Shown here one piece after another: positions 28,865 through 40,800 of a stretch of DNA of 64,000 nt. Both the position numbers and the translations under genes were made by a program. The notes below the pieces were generated by a model. That model ran no database searches. It had not been told where the DNA came from and was given only the letters and a program-made list of their open reading frames with translations. How positions within the stretch are numbered: position 1 is the stretch's first letter; each line of letters opens with the position of its first letter. Source of the stretch: Tubulanus polymorphus. Its lineage: Eukaryota > Animalia > Nemertea. The stretch lies in assembly GCF_964204645.1 (NCBI RefSeq), contig NC_134027.1:7038485-7102484 (forward strand), in the 5' to 3' direction.

Positions 28865-31369
28865 CTATGTATTGATTTTTGGATCTTTGTTAATTATTTG
28901 TACTTCAACTTGAAGTGGTATACGTGGTTTCTCATCATCCAACTCATCATCACATTCTGGTATACTACTGCGGTTCAAATCTTGTGCCGATTTAGCGCGT
29001 TGCGATTCAACAGGTCTGCATGAATTCGAAGACGGTTGTATTTCACTGATGCACCTTCGTACTGCACGATGTTTAAAATCAGTAACATCGAAATCATCAT
29101 CGTCGCTTTTATCATCATCATCATCATCGTCAACATTTTCTAAGTTGCTATACCCTCTTTTAAGCATTCGTATAGAATTCGGAGAAAAGCCAAAATTAGT
29201 TTGGGATTTAGGAGTCAATGATTTTGGTGTTACGGGAGCAGAATTTTTCTTCAATACAGGACTCTTGTTCATGACACCGAGTGGATCAACGGAGTTATTT
29301 ACAGATGTGGAACGTTGCGGTTCTAAAATCTTATTCCTTGGATCCATATTATCCAAAAGGTTGCTGGTGCTGGAAGTGGGTGGATTAAAGTCGAAATCGG
29401 CAGTTTCGCCAAATTCGTCGTGAAGATGTAATGTACGTTCTTCAGTTTCATACATTTTCAGATCAGAGTTTCTATGGTATAAAACATTTGGGTTTAAGAC
29501 AATAGGGCCATGCCCGAGTTCAATATCCTTGTATTCCTCCTCTCTAATGAATGGTTGTGCACGATTTGAAGACAACATATCATCTTCGCTGTTTAAAGGA
29601 GAAGATTCTTCAATTGTATAACGATTTGTTCTGTTGATCAAGTCATCATCCGGGCTATACGAAACAGAAACACCATGAATTTCATTCCAATAGATGCTCT
29701 CTTCTCGCGTTTCATAATCATTCGCAACGCAAATGCTACGGCACGGCGCAACTATGTAATAATCGCAGCATGATTTTTGCGTTTTCTTCTGATATCGGAA
29801 CGGTTGAGTCGCGATGTAACTCATTAAGAAACACATTACGATTTCTGTGATACGCAAGAATAAATGCAGCATATACCACGGCCATGGCTCTGGTTGACTG
29901 CTGGAAAAAACACCGTACACACCAGACATTGCGTAAATATGCAATCCAGCGATTACGAGACCAAACAGAGATGTAACAAAGGTCACTTTCACGCCGAGAC
30001 ATAAAGTTAAGCGTGGTGGTTTTCGAATCGGGGTAATTCCTGGTAAACGCAATTTTCCTAAAGTCAATTGTAAGATTTCCTTTTGTCGCCGACGAGCCGC
30101 CTTGTACAGTTTACTAAAAATGTAGAAATATCCGATAAAGAGAAACAATCCCCATATCACAGACACGAGTTGACAAATCAACAGCATCACGCGAGCACTG
30201 GCGATAGAGCCGACAACTATATCTGTAGCGATTGAAAGTGTAAAATGTCCCACCACTATTATCACAAGGTATCGTGTCTTCTGTACCTTTGACGGCAATA
30301 GTTGCACTTTTGTTGTCTGAAGCAACGCAAGAAACAAAATACTAAATGCTGACGTCAGACATGGAAATCCGCTTGTATAGAAAAAATAGTCAATCGCAAT
30401 TGGTTTGAAAGTTTTGTGAGAATTGTATCCATCAATCATGAAATACAAAGCTCTCAGTGAACACATAATGAAAATTATGACATTCAATGAAATGAAGAAT
30501 TTTTGACTGAGAAGATGTTTACGTTTATACAAGCGAAACACACTAATCAATGAATAGGTGGCCAGTATGCAGAATGCAATACCAACAAAATAAATATGAA
30601 AGTCCCAAGCTGCACCCCACAATCTTTTAGCCACATCCCAATCGGGAACAGGTTCTGCAAATGGATATTCTGATGGTGGTTCTGATGAGGGCTCAGCAGT
30701 TCCTGGCTCCGGTTCAGAAGTTGTTTCTGGTTCTGGTTTTGGTTCAGAAGTTGTTTCTGGCTCTGGTTTTGGTTCAGAAGTTGTTTTTGGTTCTGGTTTT
30801 GGTTCTGAAGTTGTTTTTGGTTCTGGTTTTGGTTCTGAAGTTGTTTCTGGTTCTGGTTTTGGTTCAGAAGTTGTTTCTGGTTCTGGTTTTGGTTCAGAAG
30901 TTGACTCTGGTTCTGGTTTTGGTTCTGAAGTCGATTCTGGTTCTGGTTTTGGTTCAGAAGTTGAATCTGGTTCTGGTTTAGAAGTTGTTTCTGGTTCTGG
31001 TTTTGGTTCTGAAGTCGATTCTGGTTCTGGTTTTGGTTCAGAAGTTGACTCTGGTTCTGGTTTAGAAGTTGTTTCTGGTTCTGGTTTTGGTTCTGAAGTC
31101 GATTCTGGTTCTGGTTTTGGTTCAGTTTTTGGTTCAGGTTGTGGCTTTAATCCAGTGATGGAGTTTGACTCCAATTTCAGTGATAAATTCAATGAAGTGT
31201 TAGTAATTTGTTGGTAAATTGGTTCATGCCGTGACACATCTCTGTTTTTTCGCGTTAAGTTTGAAACTTGACTTATCTTCTTGAGTGGTCCTTTCGCCCA
31301 GCATTGTCCAATATGTTGGTGAATCATGATGATAACGCCAATTTGTAATAGCAAATTAACTATCTTCAT
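28865..31369 (-). CDS. PRRT3/PRRT4-like multi-pass (about 7 TM) membrane protein, single coding exon, 834 aa
   Basis: Signal peptide, Pro/Glu repeat stalk, then WGAAWDFHIYFVGIAF (PRRT3/4-like AWEAHVYG), about seven hydrophobic segments and a Ser/Asp-rich tail. Confidence 0.75.
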   Translation of the reverse strand: MKIVNLLLQIGVIIMIHQHIGQCWAKGPLKKISQVSNLTRKNRDVSRHEPIYQQITNTSLNLSLKLESNSITGLKPQPEPKTEPKPEPESTSEPKPEPETTSKPEPESTSEPKPEPESTSEPKPEPETTSKPEPDSTSEPKPEPESTSEPKPEPESTSEPKPEPETTSEPKPEPETTSEPKPEPKTTSEPKPEPKTTSEPKPEPETTSEPKPEPETTSEPEPGTAEPSSEPPSEYPFAEPVPDWDVAKRLWGAAWDFHIYFVGIAFCILATYSLISVFRLYKRKHLLSQKFFISLNVIIFIMCSLRALYFMIDGYNSHKTFKPIAIDYFFYTSGFPCLTSAFSILFLALLQTTKVQLLPSKVQKTRYLVIIVVGHFTLSIATDIVVGSIASARVMLLICQLVSVIWGLFLFIGYFYIFSKLYKAARRRQKEILQLTLGKLRLPGITPIRKPPRLTLCLGVKVTFVTSLFGLVIAGLHIYAMSGVYGVFSSSQPEPWPWYMLHLFLRITEIVMCFLMSYIATQPFRYQKKTQKSCCDYYIVAPCRSICVANDYETREESIYWNEIHGVSVSYSPDDDLINRTNRYTIEESSPLNSEDDMLSSNRAQPFIREEEYKDIELGHGPIVLNPNVLYHRNSDLKMYETEERTLHLHDEFGETADFDFNPPTSSTSNLLDNMDPRNKILEPQRSTSVNNSVDPLGVMNKSPVLKKNSAPVTPKSLTPKSQTNFGFSPNSIRMLKRGYSNLENVDDDDDDDKSDDDDFDVTDFKHRAVRRCISEIQPSSNSCRPVESQRAKSAQDLNRSSIPECDDELDDEKPRIPLQVEVQIINKDPKINT
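30700..31140 (-). repeat. Coding minisatellite, about 14 units of 24/30 bp (EPKPEPE[S/T]TS)
   Basis: Directly visible GGTTCTGGTTTTGGTTCAGAAGTTGTTTCT-type repeats. Confidence 0.95.
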
Positions 31370-31486
31370 TGCTCTGTTGCTATTTAGATTTATATGCTGA
31401 ACTTGTAAAGATCTGAAAGAAATTCGAAAGAAAGACGGTTAGTGACTGAATGATGCCGGAGGCATGGAGTAGGTGCTTATTTAGAC

Positions 31487-31647
31487 CACAGGGGCTCATA
31501 TCAGAGTTGTAGGTAATGTAAAAACGATAATCTGTTAATCCAATGTATATAGTATATATAGAATATATTATTTCATATATACTATATACATTGGATTAAC
31601 AGATTATCGTTTTTACATTACCTACAACTCTGATACGAGCTCCTGTG
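31487..31647. mobile_element. 161-bp palindromic foldback MITE, P-superfamily-like
   Basis: Near-perfect hairpin with termini CACAGGGGCT...AGCTCCTGTG and an 8-bp TSD ATTTAGAC (31479-31486 / 31648-31655). Probably lies in the 5' UTR intron of the PRRT-like gene. Confidence 0.85.
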
Positions 31648-31969
31648 ATTTAGACAGTTGACCTAGGAGCGATTTTATTTAGGCGTCCCTCCCTACGCCT
31701 AATGGCTATGTTATTACCAAAACACTATTCAATGATAACACTAGCGCCACACAGAGGAAAGGTGACCTAAACTGCAGACCAGTTGGACCTCACTACTCGG
31801 GTCGGGACATATTTCAATGGATTGTCAACCTTGTCCTTAGTTTTGTTCCGTCAAAAGATTAGAAAATGGTGAAGGCATATTTACCGTACTAGGCAAGGCC
31901 TACGTATGTGGTTTCTATTACATCTCTTAAATCAAGACATTTTCTCTCTTATCTCATCGTGTATATGGA

Positions 31970-32060
31970 CACATTCTCACGAGAAATATCTGAACCCGGA
32001 AGCAACTGTTTGGTAAGGGTTTTCCCGATTAAACGGAAATGAACGTACGTGGCGCGAAGT
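31970..32060. promoter_or_regulatory. Putative bidirectional promoter (PRRT-like / TIN2-like)
   Basis: Lies between divergent genes and contains TCTCACGAGA, CCCGGAAG, CGGAAAT and GGCGCGAA motifs. Confidence 0.45.
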
Positions 32061-32338
32061 GAATCGGAGCCTCTGTCAGCAACACCTTCTATGGATCGTT
32101 AGATAAAAATAAACCCGAAAATAGCAAATAGCGGTAATCTTGAAATTACATATCGAATCGATATTCATCTAAATGCCTTATCCCAATGTGGTAATCAAAA
32201 GTAGGCCATTATTTCAGGAAATTTGGTCATGCTATTTGCCGCCTTAAACATTTCCCGCTTTAAAACCTCCAAAATGATGATTTGAGTTACGAATTGGCGA
32301 ATATATTTTCAGATTCATCCGTCCTGAACTCGATACAA

Positions 32339-33409
32339 ATGGCTTTGTATGATGGTAAAACAATTAATTCATTACTCATATTTTTGGTTTATGTGCAGGA
32401 TTTAAGCCTTGTTTTCAAATTAGTTGCAGATTTTTCAGATAATATGCTATGCGTTGCTGCATTGCACAAGTTCCTAAGATTTGAAAATATTGACGAATCC
32501 CCCTTACTTCTCGACATAATTGTGGCCCTTTATAAATCTCAACCAACACTCATTCCATTGCCATCATTTTTGAAATTAATCCAAGGTTTAAAAATGCTGG
32601 TAAGTTTATTCTATAGAGGAAAATGCAATTTCCCTTTCTACGTAAATACCGTTAATCTAAAATCGTATATGGTGAAACTTTTTAAGGTTGTTGTGAAAAG
32701 GTTGAAGCAGTCATGTTCATTAACCGAGTTGAAGGAAGAATTAAATACATATTTTCCGGATTCTTGTCCCGCATATGATTTACAGGTTCATTGAAAGCGA
32801 TCACAATTCCACAATTAATACGTAATTGATTTCCGCTTGATCAGAAATGATATGTTCTGCATTACATTTACAGGAGGTTGGGCAAAAGATAAAGGTTGCC
32901 AATATGCAATTTCTAGAATCTGTAAACGTCGATGAAGAGAGTCTGAAGGAATTTCTACGAACGTTTCCCGTGAGCAAAATCCAAGCTGAAACTTTGAATT
33001 TGTCATCAAAATTAGTCGAATCACTAGAATCACAACTATCCGCTAAAGAAAAACAAATGGTACTAGGCCTATATAATTTTGTTTAATCATCTGTAAATAT
33101 TATATTTATTCATTGCTTGCTCTACAAGGAAAATAAAATAATGATGCACTTATTTCTACCGAATACAAGCACGACTATTGCCGATGTACAGTGGAACCAT
33201 ACGTAAAATCATATTGTTGATTATTTCTTTTTCTTTAACAAGGTGAAGGGTTCAAATCAAATACCTGATAATGTTGTCAATCATATGGTAAATATTCCGT
33301 GAAGATTTGCCCGATAATGTTATGAATTGAACCCATCGAAACAAAGTGTTCTTCTTTCTTGTTTTCATAGGAACTGGTACCAAATTTGGCGATTCACTTG
33401 AAGCCTTGA
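32339..33409 (+). CDS. Short TINF2 (TIN2) N-terminal-domain-like protein, multi-exon
   Basis: Spliced product LCVAALHKFLRFENIDESPLLLDIIVALYKSQPTLIPLPSFLKLIQGLKML|VVVKRLKQSCSLTELKEELNTYFP aligns without gaps to recalled human TIN2 [76 protein letters not shown]. Terminal exons are uncertain. Confidence 0.62.
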
Positions 33410-34247
33410 TCAGTTTCCGATTGACTAATGGATTCTGGTGGTTATAAGTTTTATAACAATGACGAATCAAAGGAGATCTAAAAAATTGATGTGAAATTTG
33501 GTAAAAAATTGGACGTTCTTATATACATGTATATGTACTAGCTGAAATTCCTGTGGAAACCACGGGGCTTTTTAGCCCAGAACTATACCATTTTGATTCA
33601 AATGATTACACCAAGAATCGACAGACATCCGGCCGACATAAGGATCATGCTGCGTATTTAAGGCGAATCACATTCTGATAGATGAAAGTTCTCTAAATTT
33701 CATGCTTGGCAAATCCTAATGAATGCACGATGTAGGCCTACACGTTTAATATCTTTGTTTGAGAATTAATCCGATTGAGTCTGATAGATGAATAAAAGAC
33801 TGATAATTAACACATCTTGAAATAAGTGTTGTTGTGTTATCTTGAGTGTCGTGTGGATTAGTAAATCGATCAATTTGGATTAGAGAATGAACGGAAAAGC
33901 GGATAGGTACGTAATAACATTGAAACCGACTGTACGTAAATGGATTAAAAACGAAATGTATTGTTAAAAACAAATAAAAAAGACATGTTAATCTTCAGAA
34001 AGAAAATGGCCACGGAAAAGTTATAAGAAATGGAGATGAAACTATCTACGTACCTGCAATGTTGATATCGATATTGATCTTTATATCTAATGACATATCG
34101 GCTATTCATTTTTCATGAGGCATATTGTACATAGCTCGAGTTAAACAAATAAAATACATTAGTTCCTATAATTAATTGAGAATATGTGATACCGGGGTAC
34201 TACACAATGCAGACCAAGCAAGCAATTATTCCATGAATTCAATGGAT

Positions 34248-34624
34248 CAGAGGCGGATCCAGACCGTATTAGCCGTATTGCCCAATACGGTCTAGAATTG
34301 ATAAGTGCCCTTCGAAATTTCACCGGCAATATTTTTAAAAGGCATTATTTTAGCAACCGCTAATTCCGTGTCCGGGTCGTTTATTCTGAATTGCTCTGAA
34401 TTAGTCTCTAGAGCTCTGAATTAGTCTCTAGAAGCCCTCTAAAAGCCTTTAAATGGTACCATATTTTCAAAATTTTCTGGGGGAGGGCCCCCATACCCCC
34501 TTCGAAGGACTTCGCGCCTTCGGCACTCGTATTGACCTGGATACTGGGTGTGCCCTAAGATCAGAAAGGTGCCCTTAAAATTTCCTTCCAATACTGTCTA
34601 CCCATCCCCCTGGATCCGCCCCTG
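34248..34624. mobile_element. Non-autonomous TIR element (CAGRGGCGGATCCAG type)
   Basis: TIRs CAGAGGCGGATCCAG / CTGGATCCGCCCCTG with direct repeat TGGAT on both flanks. Decayed look-alikes near 11955-12027, 15810-16057 and 40375-40518. Confidence 0.75.
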
Positions 34625-35896
34625 TGGATGTTAAATGCAAGACCACTGAAATCATCCATATTCCAGAATCATATAAGTCAGTACACGTTGATTTGGAAAT
34701 CGTTCATGGGCAGCGAACTGCCCTATCATTTAAACCATGCATGGACTCTTTCGTTTTGGAGTCAATATTCAAACTGAGTGGAAGAGCATCGTTCCAATAG
34801 TAAGAAAATTGATCCAAGAAAATTAACAATTAACATTTCCAGCGAGGACTAATTTACCTAATAATCTCAGAAAGTGACACGTCCTGGTGCATTATCTGTA
34901 CATTCAATTCTGTGGATATTAATGGAATGGTACGTAGTTATTTTTTTCTTATCTAGTTTTCTTTCCATTCCATCCTTGGCCTTTTTTCATGGCCATTTTC
35001 CCGTTCACCCTTTCAAATGTGTGATGTACGTAATATGTTTTTAATCTCTTTTTACTCTACATCGCTGAGTGTGGCTATTCTACTAGATTAATTTCGGAAT
35101 GATTCTCGATGTTAACGACTTTCCACGTGTCATTCATGGCCGACGATACTATACATTGTATATACATGTAATACCACGACTGCGTCGAAATCTTCGCCAC
35201 AAGAAGATACTTTATATACATAAAAACAAATTGTATTCATTTTCGGCACGGGCCTCATTGTCGCAAATATTCATGTATCGAATCGATAATACGTATGGGT
35301 AATACACACGTGTTTCAATAGAATATCGTTTTGAATTGTTTTCCCGCCGAGGAGATCCGAAGAGATACACGAGTATATAATTTCAGCATTATCTCCTAGT
35401 ATTTCATAATTCTGATTCGATCAAGCGTAAAATACCGCTTCGATGAATGTATACGTGTTATCCGTGGTTTTGGTTGTTTGGGTAGAATTATGTTCAATAG
35501 CGCAGCGATATCCAGACATTATAATATACACGTTGTTTACAATGCTGGCGATTCACCATTCGCGAGTATTCTATCACTGTATCCATGCGCTGAGTTTACG
35601 AGGTCACGTCTTCAGCAACAATAATTCCATAGCTTCGGCCTTTCGGAGTGACATTTTGGTATTGGGATCAATTGTGAGAGACTTGTTTGATAAATCTACA
35701 GGAATAAATTATGCTATATTTCTATAAAACTTTCAAAACGCTTGGTACTATTTCCGCACCTTGGGTTTATATATTTGTTATGATAGCGTGATCGTCGCCC
35801 ATTCATTCACATTTCGCCGGCGTGGAGGGCTAACTCACTGTAAATAACGAAAAACATCAGTTTTCTGGCAGACTCTGTGTGGATATTAACGCCAAA

Positions 35897-36361
35897 ATGC
35901 CCATCAAAAAGGAGGAACTGGTGTTCTCTGAATTAACACCATCGACCGCGAACGCTGAAATAGACAATTTGGTAGAAAAGATTACAGAAACGTTGCGACT
36001 AAAAGCCAAACACAAACAACGTGCATTCGGACAAAATAACTGTAGCAGCAGCAACAGCAGCAGGAAAAGCCACTCCGTTCATAGGACTTCACCATACTCC
36101 ATTCCGTGTAAACATCATCATCACAACGGCATCAGACATTCACAGGATATTTTAAACAATTCATCTTCGTGTCATTGTCATCATCCGCGACATCATCATA
36201 AGACTGATTGCGGCGGCAAATCGTCCGAACCGTACGAACTATTACAGGAATTATTGAGGGAAGGCACCCTTATTAAAGAAGCCGTAAATAGGTTAATAAG
36301 TCCGGGTTCCCCCGAACTCGTGCGCAAAAGGTCTTATTACGACGATGATTTAGACATTTGA
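35897..36361 (+). CDS. FRAT: GSK-3-binding protein FRAT/GBP, intronless
   Basis: N-terminal EIDNLVEKITETLRL, central RTSPYSIP, and the GSK3-binding helix PYELLQELLREGTLIKEAVNRL (cf. FRAT1 PHRLLQQLVLSGNLIKEAVRRL). Confidence 0.9.
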   Translation: MPIKKEELVFSELTPSTANAEIDNLVEKITETLRLKAKHKQRAFGQNNCSSSNSSRKSHSVHRTSPYSIPCKHHHHNGIRHSQDILNNSSSCHCHHPRHHHKTDCGGKSSEPYELLQELLREGTLIKEAVNRLISPGSPELVRKRSYYDDDLDI

Positions 36362-37821
36362 AAGTGCAGCATCCATTGAACGTTGATCATTCCAGGGATT
36401 TCATTTGGGCATTATTTTTCTCCGTATATATATATCTACGTTACATTAAAACGGGTAATAATCATCTATATATCTAAGACTGTAAAATGACCAGGGTATA
36501 TACGGTACCATCTGTCCTGGCACTGGAGCGTGTTATGCGTTGAAAAGTACGAAATGGCGGTCGCGCTGCGGTTATCGTATAAATATTGTGAACCATGGAC
36601 TCTCGGACGACGTCTTATGTAAATCAATCGTATTCTTTACCTCGGACTATCAAGGAAAGCGTGAAGGAATCATGACTATGCAGGACCCTGGCGCGAGGAG
36701 TCTGTCAAGTGTGAGTCACGACAGCTGTGTCGAGCGGGAAATGTCGCCATTATTACCACGTGTGCTGCTGCACAGTACTGTACCGCTCGGTGCCACGGCG
36801 ACGTGTCGAATATATTCGAAATTCGCCAGTGGAAAAGATGAAAATAATAAGGCAGCACTCGAAAATTAGTGTGTGTATATATATATAAACAATAACATGT
36901 ACTGTATTATATCAATCTCATACAATCCACTGAACAATTGACATTGAAAACTTAAAGCCTTGATATTTAAGGTCAATCATATTTCTTTTCATTTGCTTCG
37001 AAGCGAGGTATATTTTTTAGAGTTATTTATATCCATTTGCTGGCATATTTTGGACTAAAAGAATCGTTTGCAATTAATTAATGTACATAGAATTTTGACG
37101 ATAATTACTAGTATCAATTGATCTTCTAGAAAGATCAAAATTTTGCAGATTTATTTCGTATGTAACGTTAAGCCGGTTATTGTAGATAGTTTTTGAAATG
37201 TTGTTTTGTGAATACATTGCATTTTTTGTACAGATTTACTGTCGACCCCCGATACACTGCCTTCATTGGGTTAAGGTTACTGACAAAATTCAGATGTTAC
37301 GTTCTCGGTAAAAATCAGGCGTTTGGCTGTATATTGGGGGTTGACTGTACTTGTAAAATGTCACTTGTACCAAAGAGAAAGTCTTTCATAGAGAAAAATA
37401 AAAAAAATATAAACTTTATATGAACATGTGTAAAATATGCGAGATGTAAACATGATAGGCTAAACATGGTGCTGTGTTGAGCGCATTTATTTCATTTCCT
37501 CCTTGAATTGATGATAATGAAGTTGTTATGTGAAAACCCGTATCACGGGTGAATAAAACAAAAAATCTAATACTAATGCATTTTCTTTTTGTCGAATTTT
37601 CACCAATGTTAGCTGCGTCGTGGCATTGGGCGAAATTGTAACCCTTTTTATGAAGGATGCAGGACTCCTGCAAAGGTTTCCCTGGTCACTGTGGTTTGCG
37701 ACATTCCATGCCGGCTACAGTCAGCGAGGAGCCACCCGGGTGCTGTACAGGTATTTCGGGATTCGAACGTAAATTCACCAAACTAAGTCACATGAGCACG
37801 TCGATCATGTGACACTTTAAA

Positions 37822-40800
37822 ATGGCGTCCGTTGCTGACGAGTAAGTAAACCTATTCATTGTACATCGTTATCAAAATGAAAGTAGTACCTGCCTGGAAA
37901 TAAGAATCCGACACACATGAACGCATCCCTTTAGTCTATTGATTATGAGGTTAGATTGCATTGCCAGTATCAACTTTCTCTTCAGCTCGGGTTTTGTACC
38001 TTTGGCTATTCTAAAAAAAAATTTACTTTTGTTGGTTGGAAATGGAATATTGAATGAAGTGAAGAACTCAATCAAGTCATTCAGACAGTGCGTGTGGTAG
38101 CTTGCAGTTCAATGATTACTCCAAAAAAGATAATCAAAAGTGAAATCGGTAAAAGTGCAGATCCGCACCTCTCGTGGTTGACGCAATCTGCTGAATGACA
38201 GAATCCAGGCTAAAATCTTTCTACTCTGACTAGTGATGATATCTTAAAATTAGCCAATGGCAATGTACTGAATTGCTGATGACATTTTGAATCTGAAACA
38301 ATGATATTTCATGTAATTGATTGAACCGTTTATGCGGAGAGGTGCGGATCTGCACTTTTACCGTGAAATCTAGTATCTAACAAACAATGATGAGCCCGGG
38401 TACATCGCTCAAGTGTCATTCAGAATCAGACTGAGCTTTGTCTTTGATGATGATCATTTTGTTACATCGCAATTAGTACCGGTAACCTTTCCAATTATTG
38501 GGCTTCTTCAGTCACAGGGGTTCATCAACATCCAATCATCAAAACAAAGTTGTGCACTTATGCATTCGAAAATAGGCTGGAGTGGACAAAAAATTGGGTT
38601 ATTGAACAGTCCCTGTAGCTGTATGACTATTATTTATAGATACTCATTAGGACGGTGAACCTTCACACTGCATGTTGCACTTTCAAAATGAGAATACTGA
38701 GTGATGCAAAGGCTAACAAAGCCCCTCATCAATACTCTGCTATACTATATTTTTTCAGGGCCTTTTACCAGTTAGGGAGCAACCTGAAAGTTCCCTTAAG
38801 ACTACATAAAAATAATCGTCAACGACTGTGCAATTGTTTAAAAGCTCGCGATGATGTAAAAAGTGGATCAGTGATCCTACTTCAAGGGGGAGAAACGCAA
38901 TGCCGTTATAGTAGTGACCGCGAGCTACTATTCAGGCAGGTAATGAAATTGTTAATTATTATCTCATCTGCATCCAATTTACAAAATCATTGATTTTCAT
39001 AGTTCAAGATGAAAAGGTTGCCATTGACATGTACTCAAAATGCGTCCTTGTGTCTTAATTTGTACTTAAATTATGTAGTTAATACTTATTTCAGTTACAT
39101 TATTCACCATGTTTACCCTCAATCTTGTTCTAGTTATTGACAGTAGACTTGGTGGAATTTTAACAGTCCCAACCTGAATTATGTGGAGTCTGTTATAACA
39201 CATTTTCTTCAAAAAAATAGTAGGATCAAATTTGACAGCCTCCCCGGCACCTCAAACTGTGAATACCTTTCTTAAAGTTGAACCTTCCTTTATTTATCAA
39301 ACGATGAAGGTAACAGAAATGTATTTCCTGTGCCCGAGTTGTCATTTAACGTGACCTATGCAACCTATATAACTATGTATCTGAAATATTTTGGTTTCTT
39401 GTTGGTTCTTGTTATGAAATGTTTCTCATTCATGTTATCAAAAATTCATAAGATATGATAAATTTTCTGACGTGGCTTGCTTTGTGTTCTCATTTTTGGA
39501 TAAGGTTCCATGCAGAATGTGTTCTTGCATCACAATCACGTATCCTGGCATCAGATTGAGTTAAATAAGACGATTTATGACTTTCCTCGTTCGACACTTA
39601 CTGTGATGCATGTTGTTTGGGTAACATCTGACGGACTAGTCTTTATGAATTTTTGATGATATATGTTATTGGGTAATCGTTAAAGAGCTTTTCATTTCCT
39701 GAATCAATATACTCTATATACATTAGTGAACTAGTACTCATTGTTGCAAGAAAGAGATTTCAAAGTTCCCCTTTCCTTTCATGTTTGTTATTATGAATTA
39801 ATCAAATATATCGAGTAGCATGAGAAATGAACTTGAAATTTTTTTTCCTGGTTTCTGATGGCCAGATGTTTGTTATGCATGAAATGGCAATCATCTAGAA
39901 TAATTCACTGAAACTGCCTCAGAAATGACTTGCCTCAATAGTTGTGGCCGAATGAACTGAAGGAAGTTTGAGTGAAACAGGAATATGAAAATTATCACCA
40001 TTATGACCAATTATTTCATGGAATTACACAATAGTAGTGATCTCAATCTCTAACATGTTTTTGGATTCGTGGTTCGAGGTTTCTGTTCAATGCAGTTCAT
40101 CAATACAGCAGACTTTGTGTACCACCAGTCATACGAACTAAAGCAGACTTTATTTTTGAGTCATATCAGGGTTTTAGTGAGTCAACACGTATTGAACAAG
40201 AGCTAAGCTTTTAGAATCATTGTATATGAATGCTATTCTACTGCTTTCAAAACAATCGGTATCATCTTAATTGCCACCGAAAAGTTAATTGAAATATTTT
40301 CAAATATTCAGTAATATGAATCAAGACTTTCGTAATTTGTGGTACAATGTGGCATTATCTATCTAGGCTGTATTCAGCGGCGGTAGTTGCTCCCCAAGAA
40401 ATTTTGTAAAAGTTGTGCCCTTTTTGCAAATGTTATTGTTATATCATATAGGCCTAGAACTGCCCTTTTCGGGTTTCTCTGCCCCATCAAACAAATTCAA
40501 ATGCTAGGTACGGCCCTGTTTAGCCACAAATCTACCTTTTGGTTTTTAATGTATTAGTCATTTTTGTAATTAATGAATGGGAACTTGGGAAATCCATGAT
40601 TTCACAACTATGGTACACTAGCAAAATACTTTGGTATTCATATGTTCTGTACAGCATAGAAAAAAGCATGTTACGTAGGGTGAATGGGGGTTTTCTGGTT
40701 TCTAACCAATGGAATTCGACAGGAGATTTTAATTCGGTAGAATGACACAATGATTTCCTTAAAAGTGGATGTATTTGATTTGTTGAATGGCCATTTCAAT

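Noticed and set aside
29049-30981. Plus-strand ORFs 29049-29423 and 30661-30981 (LVLVQKLF repeats)
   Set aside because: Antisense shadows of the PRRT-like CDS and its repeat.
32282-32794. 170-aa ORF as a single-exon gene
   Set aside because: It reads through in-frame introns with clear GT-AG sites; the spliced model gives the TIN2-like alignment.
36540-36869. 109-aa ORF downstream of FRAT
   Set aside because: TTG start, no recognisable motif, and it lies in the probable FRAT 3' UTR.
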